IMG/VR virus record: IMGVR_UViG_3300045988_055118
Coordinates: 8,622 to 72,621 of that record
Strand: one strand, 5' to 3'
Origin: a virus
DNA: 64,000 bases
The notes under the pieces were generated by a model, which worked only from the letters and a program-made list of their open reading frames with translations, was not told where the DNA came from and did not search any database. The translations under genes were made by a program, and so were the position numbers. Shown in pieces: positions 12,063 to 21,945 of this stretch. How positions within the stretch are numbered: position 1 is the stretch's first letter; each line of letters opens with the position of its first letter.

Positions 12063-13769
12063 CTATTTAGTAGTTCCATTTCTAACGTCAGTTAGAGTAG
12101 CTCTTGGGCGCTTCATAAAATAGTTAAGGCATCCTTTTTCTCTAGCCCAAGTAACCATACCCATACGAGTAGCTTCTATATTTATTTTACAATTATAATA
12201 GCGAGCTAAACACATAGCTATTTTATAGGCTTCTCTGATGTCTCCAGGTCTATCCTTGTACATAGCAACATACTGAGGGTCATTCATACCAAATGCACGT
12301 TTCTTAATCGTTATGCAGAAATCAGACGGGTCTCTGGTTTCCTTAGAAGTCTAATTCGCTCCAATATCAATACCGTCTATACCTGCTACGTATAAGTCTC
12401 GCATCTCTTTATAAACTGGAACTTCAAAATCCTAGCCATTATCTTCTGCCTCCTATCTAAGCTTTTCCATTTGTTCTTTATATAAGTCAGACCATATTGG
12501 ATGCTCTAGAATTTTTACTTTACCATTGCTGTTAGGAATCCATTTAAAACCATCAATGTTATCCTAAGTATGTTTATTATTTTTGTAAAAATAATCAATA
12601 TAACCACATTCGGGTCTTGGACCAATTTGTTTAAGTCTTATATTAGCTATCTATTCGGCAACTAAAATTTTATTAAACTTATTAATACCTTCTAGATTAA
12701 ATGCTTCTTCTGCATTCCAACAACGTTCAGCACATTTCTTTAGGTAGTCTTCTGGTACAGCTAATAGATTATCTCGCTCCTCCTATAAGAATTTCTTATA
12801 TTCCACAGTATTACATACTCCTCTGTGGTCCATAAATTCTGGATTCAAAGATTGTATAAAGTATGGAATAAAGAATCCACTCTCTATAGTAGTCCCATCC
12901 TAAGTCCAATTATGTCTAAATGGAAGAATCTTATATGCTCTTGGATTATAGTAAATCTTTTTTAAGCCCTCTAGAGGAGCACCCATATCACCGCCAGTAC
13001 CTCCAAACAACATTGTTCCACGAGGCATACCTTGAACTTCACAAAGTTCTTGACCTTGTACCACAGCGGTATCAAGTCCAGGCCAGGAACCAGCTTCATC
13101 ATATATTAATAAATCTACACGGTCTCCACGAATGTTAGATGGTTTAGCTCCGTTAATTGCTACAACCTCAGATTTAAATCCTACGTCTTCAAACTAACCA
13201 TTTATTTTGATTTGTTTACCTGATTTCTTTCTCAAATCCTGGTCAATAAGTCGCAATTTAAAAAATCCTCCTCCAGTACAGGTATTTAAGAATGTAAGAG
13301 CATTGTCAAACTTACTAAAGGTACCCTTAAGGAAGGTATCATTAAAGCAAGTAATCATAACCCTACTTCTTCTAATAACAGAGTACATACGAGCAGAAAG
13401 AGAGGCGTTTATTTCAGAGAATCCAATAGAACGAGCTTTCATTAAAGCTGCGTGCTTGTGTAGCACCCTAGCCATCTATAGATAATGAAAGAACATATAA
13501 TGTGATGCAAAGAATATTGGGAAGTCATTATCAGTACCCTCACCAGAGGCTTTCTACTAGTCAATAGTAGGTAACTAATAGAAATTTAAGAAGAAGTAAT
13601 TATCTCCAGTAATGGTGTATCCATTAACTGTCATTCCATACTTACATCTTCTATATTGCTCTTTCCAAAATTCGTTGTACCGCTTACTATCTCTAAGGTA
13701 GGGACAGTATTGACCAGTTCGTTTATATACTTCCCTAGTCTCGGTAAACCAATCTGGATTAAAGTCCAA
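12063..13769 (-). CDS. candidate terminase large subunit, TAG-interrupted
   Basis: ORF-track pieces 12063..12287, 13194..13475 and 13575..13769 share one frame and each ends at TAG. KARSIGFSEINASL resembles the RQxG(K/F)S/T terminase ATPase P-loop region. The C-terminal piece (RPGDIREAYKIAMCLARYY...IEATRMG) is terminase-nuclease-like. The assignment rests on motif resemblance only. Confidence 0.3.
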
Positions 13770-14819
13770 TCCATGAGTTTCGTCAATAGGTCTGTATCCA
13801 GTTATTTCATAAGATAAGGTAGGGTCAAATACTTCTATTTTATCTCCTATTTTAACATCCCAATAGTCAGAATTTCTGACCCTTTCCTCTCTTATTTTCT
13901 ATACTAATTCTCTAGCTTCTTTAGCATCCTCTTTCTATTCTTTTTCTCTTACCTAATCTACAATATTCTATATTTCTTCAGGTAATATCTTTTTTCTTGG
14001 CATAATTAAAAGTCTCCTGGGTCAAAACCATCCACAGCTCCAGCTCTAACAGTAGATTGTTCAGTAAGTTCTTTCTTAACCTAGTCTTCTAGTGTTATGA
14101 GTTCTTCATGAACTTTGTGAAGGGTAGCCATTTCCTTCATTACTTTTTCAGCCTGGAATACTGGCTTGCCGTTATTATCACGCTCATTTAAATCTACAAT
14201 AGTTTCGAAATAATCAATAAACTAGTCTGCAGCTCTTTTAGCTGCTTCTAGTAATTTTATTGACTTGTTTGAATCTTGTAACGCTCTGTATTTCCTACAA
14301 GCTTCTCTAAATATAGGGTCATTAAATTCTGACTCTGTCAATCCAGAATCACTAATAGCTTCGTCATGTCGTTCATGTTCCGAATACTAACTGTACGGAC
14401 TTTTCCAGTCTATAGCTAAATAAATGTAAGATAGTTCTCTAGTAGCTCTATCCTTTTCTGCAGATTTATCCCTCTAGATTAAAGCCTTAAATTCCTTAAC
14501 TAGCAATATCTCTGGTTCATTTATTTCTAGCTATTTAGTTAAAGTGTTATAGTTAAATACATTCATAATCATTAATCATTATCATACACATTAGATAATC
14601 TTATTATTTCTTTTTCATTTTGGAACCGCACTTATTGACTTTCATTTTGGAACCACAAGCGTCTTTCTTAGCATATTGTTTTCTGTCAGGAACCCATTTT
14701 CCTCCCTGGAAATTACCCTTATGTCCCTTATTGGCCATAGTTTCCTAATCATTGTATTTATTGATTGATATAGAATCTCTTGAGGCTTCGTCTCTAGCAG
14801 ATTTCATATCTTTCTTATA

Positions 14820-15029
14820 CTAAGCTCTTCCAGCCTTAAATTTATCAACTTCATTAGCTTTCTTAGTAACTTTAGTTCCTTTTTGTGCTTTCTGGCAAGC
14901 TTTACAGATTCTACCGCCTTGCTTAAAATATACAAGCTCTTCTCCTTCTGGACATACTCCTTTTAGCTTCTTATAATACTCAAGCTTAGCTCCAAGCCTA
15001 GCCATTACTCCTCCTTGCATTTTCTGCAT
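14820..15029 (-). CDS. small basic late protein fragment
   Basis: Lys-rich 69-aa ORF ending at TAG 14820-14822. Confidence 0.3.
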   Translation of the reverse strand: MQKMQGGVMARLGAKLEYYKKLKGVCPEGEELVYFKQGGRICKACQKAQKGTKVTKKANEVDKFKAGRA

Positions 15030-15392
15030 AAATTCCTGATACTTAGCTTTAATGCCGTCTTCACCTAATTGTTCAGCATAAGCTTGTAAATCCTATTCAG
15101 ATTGTACTTGTATTCCCTACGCAGCGGCATCTTGTATTAGATATGCCATAAATGCTTTTTGTAATTCTTCCTAGTTAGCCATTACTCTTCTACTTTAATT
15201 AAATCCTTAGTATTAAACACTGCTTCCTACATAAGTCCGGAATCAGTAAACCATCTACATCTTAATCCTCGTAATCCTTGGTTATCTTTAAATAAAGCTG
15301 CTTCTCTTCTTAGAACAAGCATAACTGGAGAATGCATTACTTTACACTACCGTAAAGTAACACAATCCCCAGGCTTAAAATAAACTTTTTCA

Positions 15393-15995
15393 TCAATTGT
15401 TTCCATACTTCAATTCGTTTCTTCTTTCAGTTAGCTTTTCGTTAACTACAGCCATAATTCTGTTCTCATTAACTACAACAAATCCAAACTTGTAGAACGG
15501 AACCATGCACTCGCTAGCTATTGTATAGAATACTATATCTCCAGGTTTTAGGAACTCACACTTGTGCCCAACCTCAATAACAGTACCCACTTTAATAAAT
15601 TGTTGTTCTTCTTCTATTTCTCCTGTTTCATTAGATTTATATGTTGGAGCAAACCCACCTAAGTCTGTAATTAATCCACTCTTAGTAGTTTTAATTTTTT
15701 GAAACGGATTTTGTTCGAAAGGTTTAATTAATGCATACCCATACATAGGCATAATTTCTACACCATTCATATCCTCAGATAATGATTTGGCGTAAGATTC
15801 TAAAGCTGCATTATGTTTCGAGAATTTATCTTCTAATTCATCTACTGCTGTATTGAATCTTTCCTGTTTTTCTCTTAATAAAGTTTTATCTGCAGCTTCT
15901 CCATTTACTATAAGGTGCTGTCCTGTACCTTCCATACCAGTTATAGCTAGTGCTAGTTTCTCATTACTGTTCAATTCTGTTCTTAAAGTTTCCAT
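15393..15995 (-). CDS. GroES-like domain protein with N-terminal coiled coil
   Basis: Intact 200-aa ORF (TGA stop, no TAG). The C-terminal half has GroES-like spacing (ALIKP...KTTKSGLI...GTVIEVG...LKPGDIVFY). Confidence 0.35.
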   Translation of the reverse strand: METLRTELNSNEKLALAITGMEGTGQHLIVNGEAADKTLLREKQERFNTAVDELEDKFSKHNAALESYAKSLSEDMNGVEIMPMYGYALIKPFEQNPFQKIKTTKSGLITDLGGFAPTYKSNETGEIEEEQQFIKVGTVIEVGHKCEFLKPGDIVFYTIASECMVPFYKFGFVVVNENRIMAVVNEKLTERRNELKYGNN

Positions 15996-16096
15996 AATTC
16001 ATTTTACCATTTACATAAATCACAATGTTCATCTTCTATTCTAGTTTTGTTCTCTAGTATACAACCACACTCCTCACATACTTCTCCAAATGAAGT

Positions 16097-16342
16097 CTAT
16101 AATTTATGAGGACAAGTATTACAAATATTTAATCTTGTGGTTGCTAAATCTTGATTAATTCCAAATATATGGAAATATATACTCTTCAATATTACTAAAG
16201 GTTTAGTAAATATTGCTTTAATCCATTTCTTTGGCATCTTTTCAGTAGGTTCTTGAGTCATAAGTATATAAGCCTTAGTAGGGTTAGCCATTACTGGAGT
16301 CCCATATAGTAATAAATTATTTACCATTTCTTCGCAGGACAA
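16097..16342 (-). CDS. hypothetical protein
   Basis: 81-aa ORF; overlaps the next ORF by 22 nt. Confidence 0.3.
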   Translation of the reverse strand: MSCEEMVNNLLLYGTPVMANPTKAYILMTQEPTEKMPKKWIKAIFTKPLVILKSIYFHIFGINQDLATTRLNICNTCPHKL

Positions 16343-16536
16343 TGCTTCTTCTCATTAGGTATCTTTAATTCCAGTAGACATCCACATCCTTTTATATACC
16401 CTTCTTTTGGGCCAATACTTATGTCATTGTTTTCTGGATTTAAATACAACTGTCCATTACATATTGCATCTTCTTGATTACATATTGGACAGCGTCTACA
16501 TATTTTCCATCTTTCTTCTATTTCCTCTAGTGTCAT
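16321..16536 (-). CDS. Cys-rich zinc-ribbon-like small protein
   Basis: CRRCPIC...CNG...CGC...HCP pattern; TAA stop. Confidence 0.4.
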   Translation of the reverse strand: MTLEEIEERWKICRRCPICNQEDAICNGQLYLNPENNDISIGPKEGYIKGCGCLLELKIPNEKKHCPAKKW

Positions 16537-16538
16537 AA

Positions 16539-17453
16539 TTAATATTCAATACGTTGACGTTTCTTTTTATTTTCTGCCAATATAGATTCTTTCTTGTAAA
16601 AAGAAAGCATTCTTATTACTTCATCTTTTAAGTATGGTAAGTGATATACTGTCATGTTATCACTGTGGTCGAAGTGTACTAAAACTAAATCTTCAATTTC
16701 AAATTCTGGGTTTTTCTTCTGAATCATCCAGGCGTAAGTACTTAGCTGAAGGGCATAATGCCAATAATTAACATCATCTAAATTATTTAGAGGATACTTC
16801 ATCTTAACTGATGTCTTAGTTTTAGAATTAAAGAAACTCTTTGTTTCTATTTTTTTATTAGTCTTCCAGTCACCAATAATTATCTTATTACCTCTTTTAA
16901 CTAATAAGTCAATTTGTCCAGCTATTCTTAGTTTTCCGTCCTCAGATACTCTAGAGATTAGATACTCAGGATATACCCCATTCTCCAAATCTAGATTGTT
17001 ATAGTCTTTTATACACTCAAACTTGCCACCTATTTGATATTTACTTAGGTCTATATCCTTCTTCTTTTTGTAAAAAGAGTTTTCCAAATCTGCATGGATT
17101 CTAGTTCCTCTCTCGCAAGAGTTTCTGTTCTCCATATCCCATGCATCTAAGATAGCTTGTTGTTCTTTATTAAACTCGTCTTCTGTAATGTTATGAAGTT
17201 CAAGTAGAACTTTGTCAAATTTCTTAGTATTCAGCAGAGACTTTTTCTCGATAGCCCAATCTTCTTTAGGTAGAAGTTTCTCTAGTGCTTTATAAGCTGA
17301 CCAGAACTCTTTATCAAAGGGTTGGGTGAAAGAATGAATTAAAGTCGTTACAGATATAAATTTCTGTTCTGGCTTTGTAACATCATAATAAATATGAGCT
17401 TCCTCTTCGAAAGCTATGTTCCCATTTTGTTTTGTAATTTTACTTTTGTCCAT
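16539..17453 (-). CDS. PD-(D/E)xK family exonuclease (RecB/YqaJ/Cas4-like fold)
   Basis: 304-aa intact ORF. IAGQIDLLVKRGNKIIIGDWKTNK (D...D/ExK) followed by YALQLSTYAWM (QxxxY) motifs. Confidence 0.55.
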   Translation of the reverse strand: MDKSKITKQNGNIAFEEEAHIYYDVTKPEQKFISVTTLIHSFTQPFDKEFWSAYKALEKLLPKEDWAIEKKSLLNTKKFDKVLLELHNITEDEFNKEQQAILDAWDMENRNSCERGTRIHADLENSFYKKKKDIDLSKYQIGGKFECIKDYNNLDLENGVYPEYLISRVSEDGKLRIAGQIDLLVKRGNKIIIGDWKTNKKIETKSFFNSKTKTSVKMKYPLNNLDDVNYWHYALQLSTYAWMIQKKNPEFEIEDLVLVHFDHSDNMTVYHLPYLKDEVIRMLSFYKKESILAENKKKRQRIEY

Positions 17454-17567
17454 TAGTCATAATTCATTTAATCATTTATCACATTTATCTATATTTATTT
17501 GATACTTTTCAAGTATATTAATATTCTTTGTAAGATACAAATCAATAAATAATACATTATATTAAAA

Positions 17568-17909
17568 ATGTCTAATATGACAAAAATGGTAACATTTGGA
17601 TGTCCAATTTTTAAAAACGGGTCAGGCATTCATATTAAAGAGAAAAACAAAGGTAAATTTACTGCCTCTGCTAAGGCTGCAGGATAGTCTGTACAGGAAC
17701 ATGCTAAATCTGTACTAAACAATCCTAATGCTACTCCTCTTCAGAAGAAGCGTGCTAACTTTGCTAGAAACGCGGCTAAATGGAAACACGAAGATGGAGC
17801 TAAGATACATAAACCAAGTGGACATAGATCTATTCTAGATAATGGATGGATTCCTACTACTAGATTAAAGAAAGGAAATTATGGATTAATTAAAACAAGA
17901 AAGCAATGA
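17568..17909 (+). CDS. small basic protein with one in-frame TAG (recoded)
   Basis: ATG 17568, TGA 17907-17909, single in-frame TAG after ...AKAAG. Not in the ORF track because it is split by the TAG. Confidence 0.4.
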
Positions 17910-17984
17910 ACGCTGTAGTTAAATTAATTAAAGAATTTATACTTAAGATATATCTTTATTTACTATTTATATTTAATAAGTAAT

Positions 17985-18176
17985 ATGGACTATAATAGAG
18001 CAACTCTTTATGCGGCTACTGGTCGTACTTTATTACTCCCTGGCTGGAAAGGGTATTTTTATTGGGACTATACTAAGAATGAATTAAATTTTAGAAATGG
18101 AGACTATCATTTAGATAACAAATAGCTCAAGGAGAAAGGAGTTATGGAACGTAATGATTGGTATTATATAATATGA
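17985..18176 (+). CDS. small protein with one in-frame TAG (recoded)
   Basis: MDYNRATLYAATGRTLLLPGWKGYFYWDYTKNELNFRNGDYHLDNK-TAG-LKEKGVMERNDWYYII; ends TGA. Confidence 0.3.
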
Positions 18177-18301
18177 TAATTAAAAATAATATTATACCGT
18201 TTGGAGGTTATAAAGTAATTAATCTGTTTGGATTAATATTTACTAAGTCGGATTTGACTGATGAGGATAAGAATCACGAGAATATCCATTCAGTATAGAT
18301 T

Positions 18302-18520
18302 TTGGAATGTGCAATAGCGTTTGCAATACTTATATCTATATTATTTGGATTAGAATGGGTATGGTTAGCTATTCCATCTTTCTATATCTGGTATGGATTA
18401 GAGTATTTAATTATACGACTATTAAGACTTAAAGATTCTCAAAATGATTGCTACAGAGATGTAAGCTTTGAAGAAGAAGCTTATATGAATGAAGACAATT
18501 TACAGTATCTAGAAGGATAG
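18302..18520 (+). CDS. small membrane protein (ORF ends at TAG; may read through 15 more codons to TAA)
   Basis: Hydrophobic N-terminus AIAFAILISILFGLEWVWLAIPSFYIWYGL. Confidence 0.35.
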   Translation: MECAIAFAILISILFGLEWVWLAIPSFYIWYGLEYLIIRLLRLKDSQNDCYRDVSFEEEAYMNEDNLQYLEG

Positions 18521-18609
18521 AGAAAGATGTTTTCATGGATAAAATATCTAAAAGTTAACGCATAACAAAATAGGCGAGCCTAGACTTAATTGTCTAAGTT
18601 CGCCTATTT

Positions 18610-18813
18610 TTATTTACTATTATACGTACAAGTGATTCTGTTTGGCTCTTCCCACCAAGGTTTATCTGAAAGTGGAGTTCTGATGCTATTGGGCCAATTT
18701 ATAATTGGAGTAGTTTCCTCTACTATAGCCTCCATTATTTTAAATAATGTATCCAAGTCTAGCTCTGGAAGCAGCTCATGAATATTAGTTATTGTTTTCT
18801 TATAATTTATCAT
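18610..18813 (-). CDS. hypothetical protein
   Basis: 67-aa ORF with TAA stop; opposite-strand ORF 18590..18781 judged spurious. Confidence 0.3.
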   Translation of the reverse strand: MINYKKTITNIHELLPELDLDTLFKIMEAIVEETTPIINWPNSIRTPLSDKPWWEEPNRITCTYNSK

Positions 18814-19032
18814 ATCCTTTAAAAGTGTTGTTAATAATTACTTTCTCTATCGTAGTATTTACTGACATATTAGTACGATACACTTAGCTTATTTAAGTTG
18901 TCTAGATAATCTAAGAACCATTGTTCGTTTTGTTTTCCTTCTTCTACAATAGTATTAATTAAAGATTCTGTAGCTAATAGTGTTATTTCTGCTAGTTCCT
19001 CTAATTCCGATTTAGTAAGTTCGTTATATTTT

Positions 19033-19347
19033 TCAATCAAGTTTAACATAATCCATCCAGTCTTTTATATATGATTTACATTCTTCCAAATCTGGATAGA
19101 TACTTGTTATAGAGCATCCAGTTTTCGGATTTTTAAAGTGGTGCATCTTAGCCTCTTCTTTTTTCTCCTCTTCTGTATTTCTATTTAATGTTCTATTCCA
19201 ATAGTTGTACTTTTCATCTAACATTTCCATATCACATTCCTCTAATATTTTCATATTAGGGTTATTCATTATCTTGTCGTATTTTCTCTTTAAATTAGAG
19301 ACTTTGACAACATCATTTCCATTTAATACAACTGCACACTGTTTCAT
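19033..19347 (-). CDS. hypothetical protein
   Basis: 104-aa ORF, TGA stop. Confidence 0.4.
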   Translation of the reverse strand: MKQCAVVLNGNDVVKVSNLKRKYDKIMNNPNMKILEECDMEMLDEKYNYWNRTLNRNTEEEKKEEAKMHHFKNPKTGCSITSIYPDLEECKSYIKDWMDYVKLD

Positions 19348-19571
19348 TTTAATACCTTATAAGTACATATCTTACCTATCTGTTTTCCTTGAACTGTTAT
19401 TTGCGGAAGAAAATAGCAGGCTTGATTCTCAAATTCTTGAGGTACAAAGATATAATCAAACTTACTTCCAACTACCTTCTCACAAACTTTATTCCAATCG
19501 TCTCCCTCTTCTATAATAAGAGTTTTAGCTCCTGTTGGAGTTACTACATAATTCTCATTTAATTTTATCAT
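19344..19571 (-). CDS. hypothetical protein (start trimmed to avoid tRNA)
   Basis: The ORF-track N-terminus overlaps the suppressor tRNA. Internal Met (MIKLNENYVV...) at 19571 chosen as start. Confidence 0.35.
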   Translation of the reverse strand: MIKLNENYVVTPTGAKTLIIEEGDDWNKVCEKVVGSKFDYIFVPQEFENQACYFLPQITVQGKQIGKICTYKVLK

Positions 19572-19589
19572 AACTATTAATTTTGGCGT

Positions 19590-19661
19590 TGCCCTACTAG
19601 GATTCGAACCCAGACTAAATGATTTAGAGTCATCTGTGCTGACCATTACACCATAGGGCAG
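19590..19661 (-). tRNA. amber suppressor tRNA, anticodon CUA (reads UAG), Gln-type
   Basis: Manual fold: acceptor TGCCCTA/TAGGGCA with U1-A72 (Gln hallmark), D arm GTGT/GCAC, anticodon stem GATGA/TCATT, loop CTCTAAA (U33, CTA, A37), T arm CTGGG-TTCGAAT-CCTAG. D and T arms nearly identical to the genomic tRNA-Gln(TTG) at 34204. Confidence 0.8.
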
Positions 19662-19798
19662 TAACTTATTTCTCTTTTAGAGATTTATTTTCTGCTGCCA
19701 ATTTCTCTAGTTCTTTTCTTAATTGTTCATTTTCGTGAAATAAAGCCTGCATAGTAGCGTTGATATTAGCTAATAGTATTCTCATTTGAGCAACCTAT

Positions 19799-20200
19799 TC
19801 ATACATAAGCTTTCAGTTGTTCAATTCTCTTTTTAGCTATATCTGACAATGCCATTTTGAATTTAGCAATACCAGCTCTTACTGTTTCTAACTTGCCGCT
19901 TTCTAAGCATTCTTGTATTTTATGAACTTCAAGCTCTCCTAGATATTCGCATACATCTATAAATAAATCATCATCTAGAGATTCTAAATATTTCTGGAAT
20001 TGGTCTACCTCTTCATTAGCTAGACAGCTTTCTTCCTTCTATCTTTCATAAGATATTAATAAGAACAAAGAATCGTCGGTAGATTCGGACTTAATAGTTA
20101 GCCCATTACCAGACATATAATATTCTTGATTCGTATTAATTGCCTCAACTAGCTATTTAAACTAGTCCTAATTTAACAATGTTTCTAAGTCTGTAATCAT
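19799..20200 (-). CDS. hypothetical protein with four in-frame TAG codons near N-terminus
   Basis: ATG at 20200; frame open to TGA at 19799-19801 if TAG is sense. Confidence 0.35.
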
Positions 20201-20518
20201 AATTGTTTTCTTTTTAGTTATATACAACAATAACCTCCGAAAAGTTAAACGCAAAGTTAAAAAATTCTAATTCAAATATTATACATATTTTATATATTAA
20301 GGGGAAAGCCGGTACAGGTACTTTATATAAATAGCCCCCTGGGGTTATTATAAATTCCGACTTTTATATTTGGAGGGCAATTACCTAGATTCCAAAAATT
20401 CATAGAGTGAGTGTAGTGGCGGTCCACAACCCCTTTAGTCCCCCCCTGTATATTGATATAAAACTAAAACAAAAACAAAAATCAATTTCCAGTATTAACA
20501 TTTTAAAATTTCAAGATT
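20201..20518. promoter_or_regulatory. divergent intergenic region between late (minus) and plus-strand blocks; probable divergent promoters and/or origin
   Basis: 318 nt noncoding, AT-rich with three short GC-rich islands (ggggaaagccggtacaggtac; tagccccctggggtt; gtggcggtccacaacccctttagtcccccctg). Confidence 0.4.
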
Positions 20519-20965
20519 ATGACACTCGAAGAATTGAAAGACCAGAACGTAAGCGCAGTAGAAAGAGCTAAGGCAGTAGTATCAGCATTAGGCTTAAAAG
20601 GAGATGAACGCTCAGTTGTTGTCGGCTTGTCAAAGGGCGATAAGTTTAAATTGGTAGCAATGAACAAGGTAGATTTGCCTGCAAATGCTAACCAACCAAA
20701 CCAAAGCAACTTTACACCGATTACATTTAGCACTGACACAGGTGCAACCATTGGTGCAAAACACTTTGCGGGCGTAGAAATCGACGACGATGCTCCGGCA
20801 ATCGGTTCAACTCCGTTGGAAAATGCCGCTTTCCTTGTTTATTGCATTGACCACAATGTAACATTTAAGGTAGACAAAAAGGTAACGGAAGACATCGAAG
20901 CTACCACCGACCGCCAAGCCTACAAGAAAAATACTTACAAGCTGGTAGTGGAAGACTATGATTAA
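20519..20965 (+). CDS. hypothetical protein (first gene of plus block)
   Basis: 148-aa ORF, TAA stop; overlapping minus ORF 20503..20751 judged spurious. Confidence 0.5.
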   Translation: MTLEELKDQNVSAVERAKAVVSALGLKGDERSVVVGLSKGDKFKLVAMNKVDLPANANQPNQSNFTPITFSTDTGATIGAKHFAGVEIDDDAPAIGSTPLENAAFLVYCIDHNVTFKVDKKVTEDIEATTDRQAYKKNTYKLVVEDYD

Positions 20966-21016
20966 AAGATTGGGGAGAAATCCCCTTTCTTTTACATACA
21001 AATAATCTTTGTAGAA

Positions 21017-21211
21017 ATGGACATAAGAAAAAAGTTTAAGACTATAAAGTGTTTGTATAATTGGGGCATAATCTATGACCCAAAGACTAATGAAAAGTTA
21101 AATTTCAAAGCCAAACGTGTTTATTGCGTAACTTCTTGGGCTTGGATTATGACCTATCAAAAGTCAGAAGAAGATATTCCTGAGATAATTAGGATAGTCT
21201 TTGTAGATTAA
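21017..21211 (+). CDS. hypothetical protein
   Basis: 64-aa ORF. Confidence 0.3.
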   Translation: MDIRKKFKTIKCLYNWGIIYDPKTNEKLNFKAKRVYCVTSWAWIMTYQKSEEDIPEIIRIVFVD

Positions 21212-21945
21212 CTCTAAGGTACTATGAGTTTTAAATAAAGTGCCCACATGAACCCCATCATCGGAACGTTGGTTAACGGGGAAAACAACATCACAACAAA
21301 TCAAATCAAAGTTTTTGTTTAGTTTTAGGATTATATCTGGCAGCTTGGAAAGACAAGCAAAATCTTTATACCTATCTGCTAATAGGTTTAGTGTTCAACG
21401 CGAAAATTCGGTAAAGGAAGGAGAGAAATTGTCCACTAAAAAGACCCTCAATTTCCGGACTTTTTCCGATTTTCAAAAAATCCGCCAGAGTAGGAGTTAT
21501 ATAGCTCACACTCTCTATGGACATTATTTAGTATTTAGCCTATAAAAAGGCAACAAAAAGCGAGGCTACGCAGAAGAGCCTAACACCAAAAATAACTGCT
21601 ACAAATTCTATGTGCATATTCGCAAACTTGAGCACTATAGGATTTAGGTTGAGCTATAAGGATTGGTCACTTATAGCAATATTATGAGTACTGCTGATAT
21701 GTCAGTGACCGTACATATCACATATAAAATATGTTATACAATTATGTTAGAAGTTGCCAGGTCTAAGAAGCCTGATTAAAATCTCTAGATAGTAAGAGAG
21801 AACCTCATAAGGGTTCATTTTCCATCTCGAACCTATTCGCAAGTTTATAGACTAGCTATCTATAAATTTAGTGAACGTTGATAACGTCCTCAGCATGGAA
21901 AACTGAGAAATAATCTCCTATCTTATTCTAGATATAGATAGGATT

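Noticed and set aside
12920-13485. Plus-strand ORFs 12920..13138 and 13207..13485
   Set aside because: Antisense to the same-frame terminase-like fragments on the minus strand
11390-19346. Possibility of TGA reassignment
   Set aside because: Several complete genes end at TGA (11390, 15393, 19033, 19344); no UCA-anticodon tRNA was found
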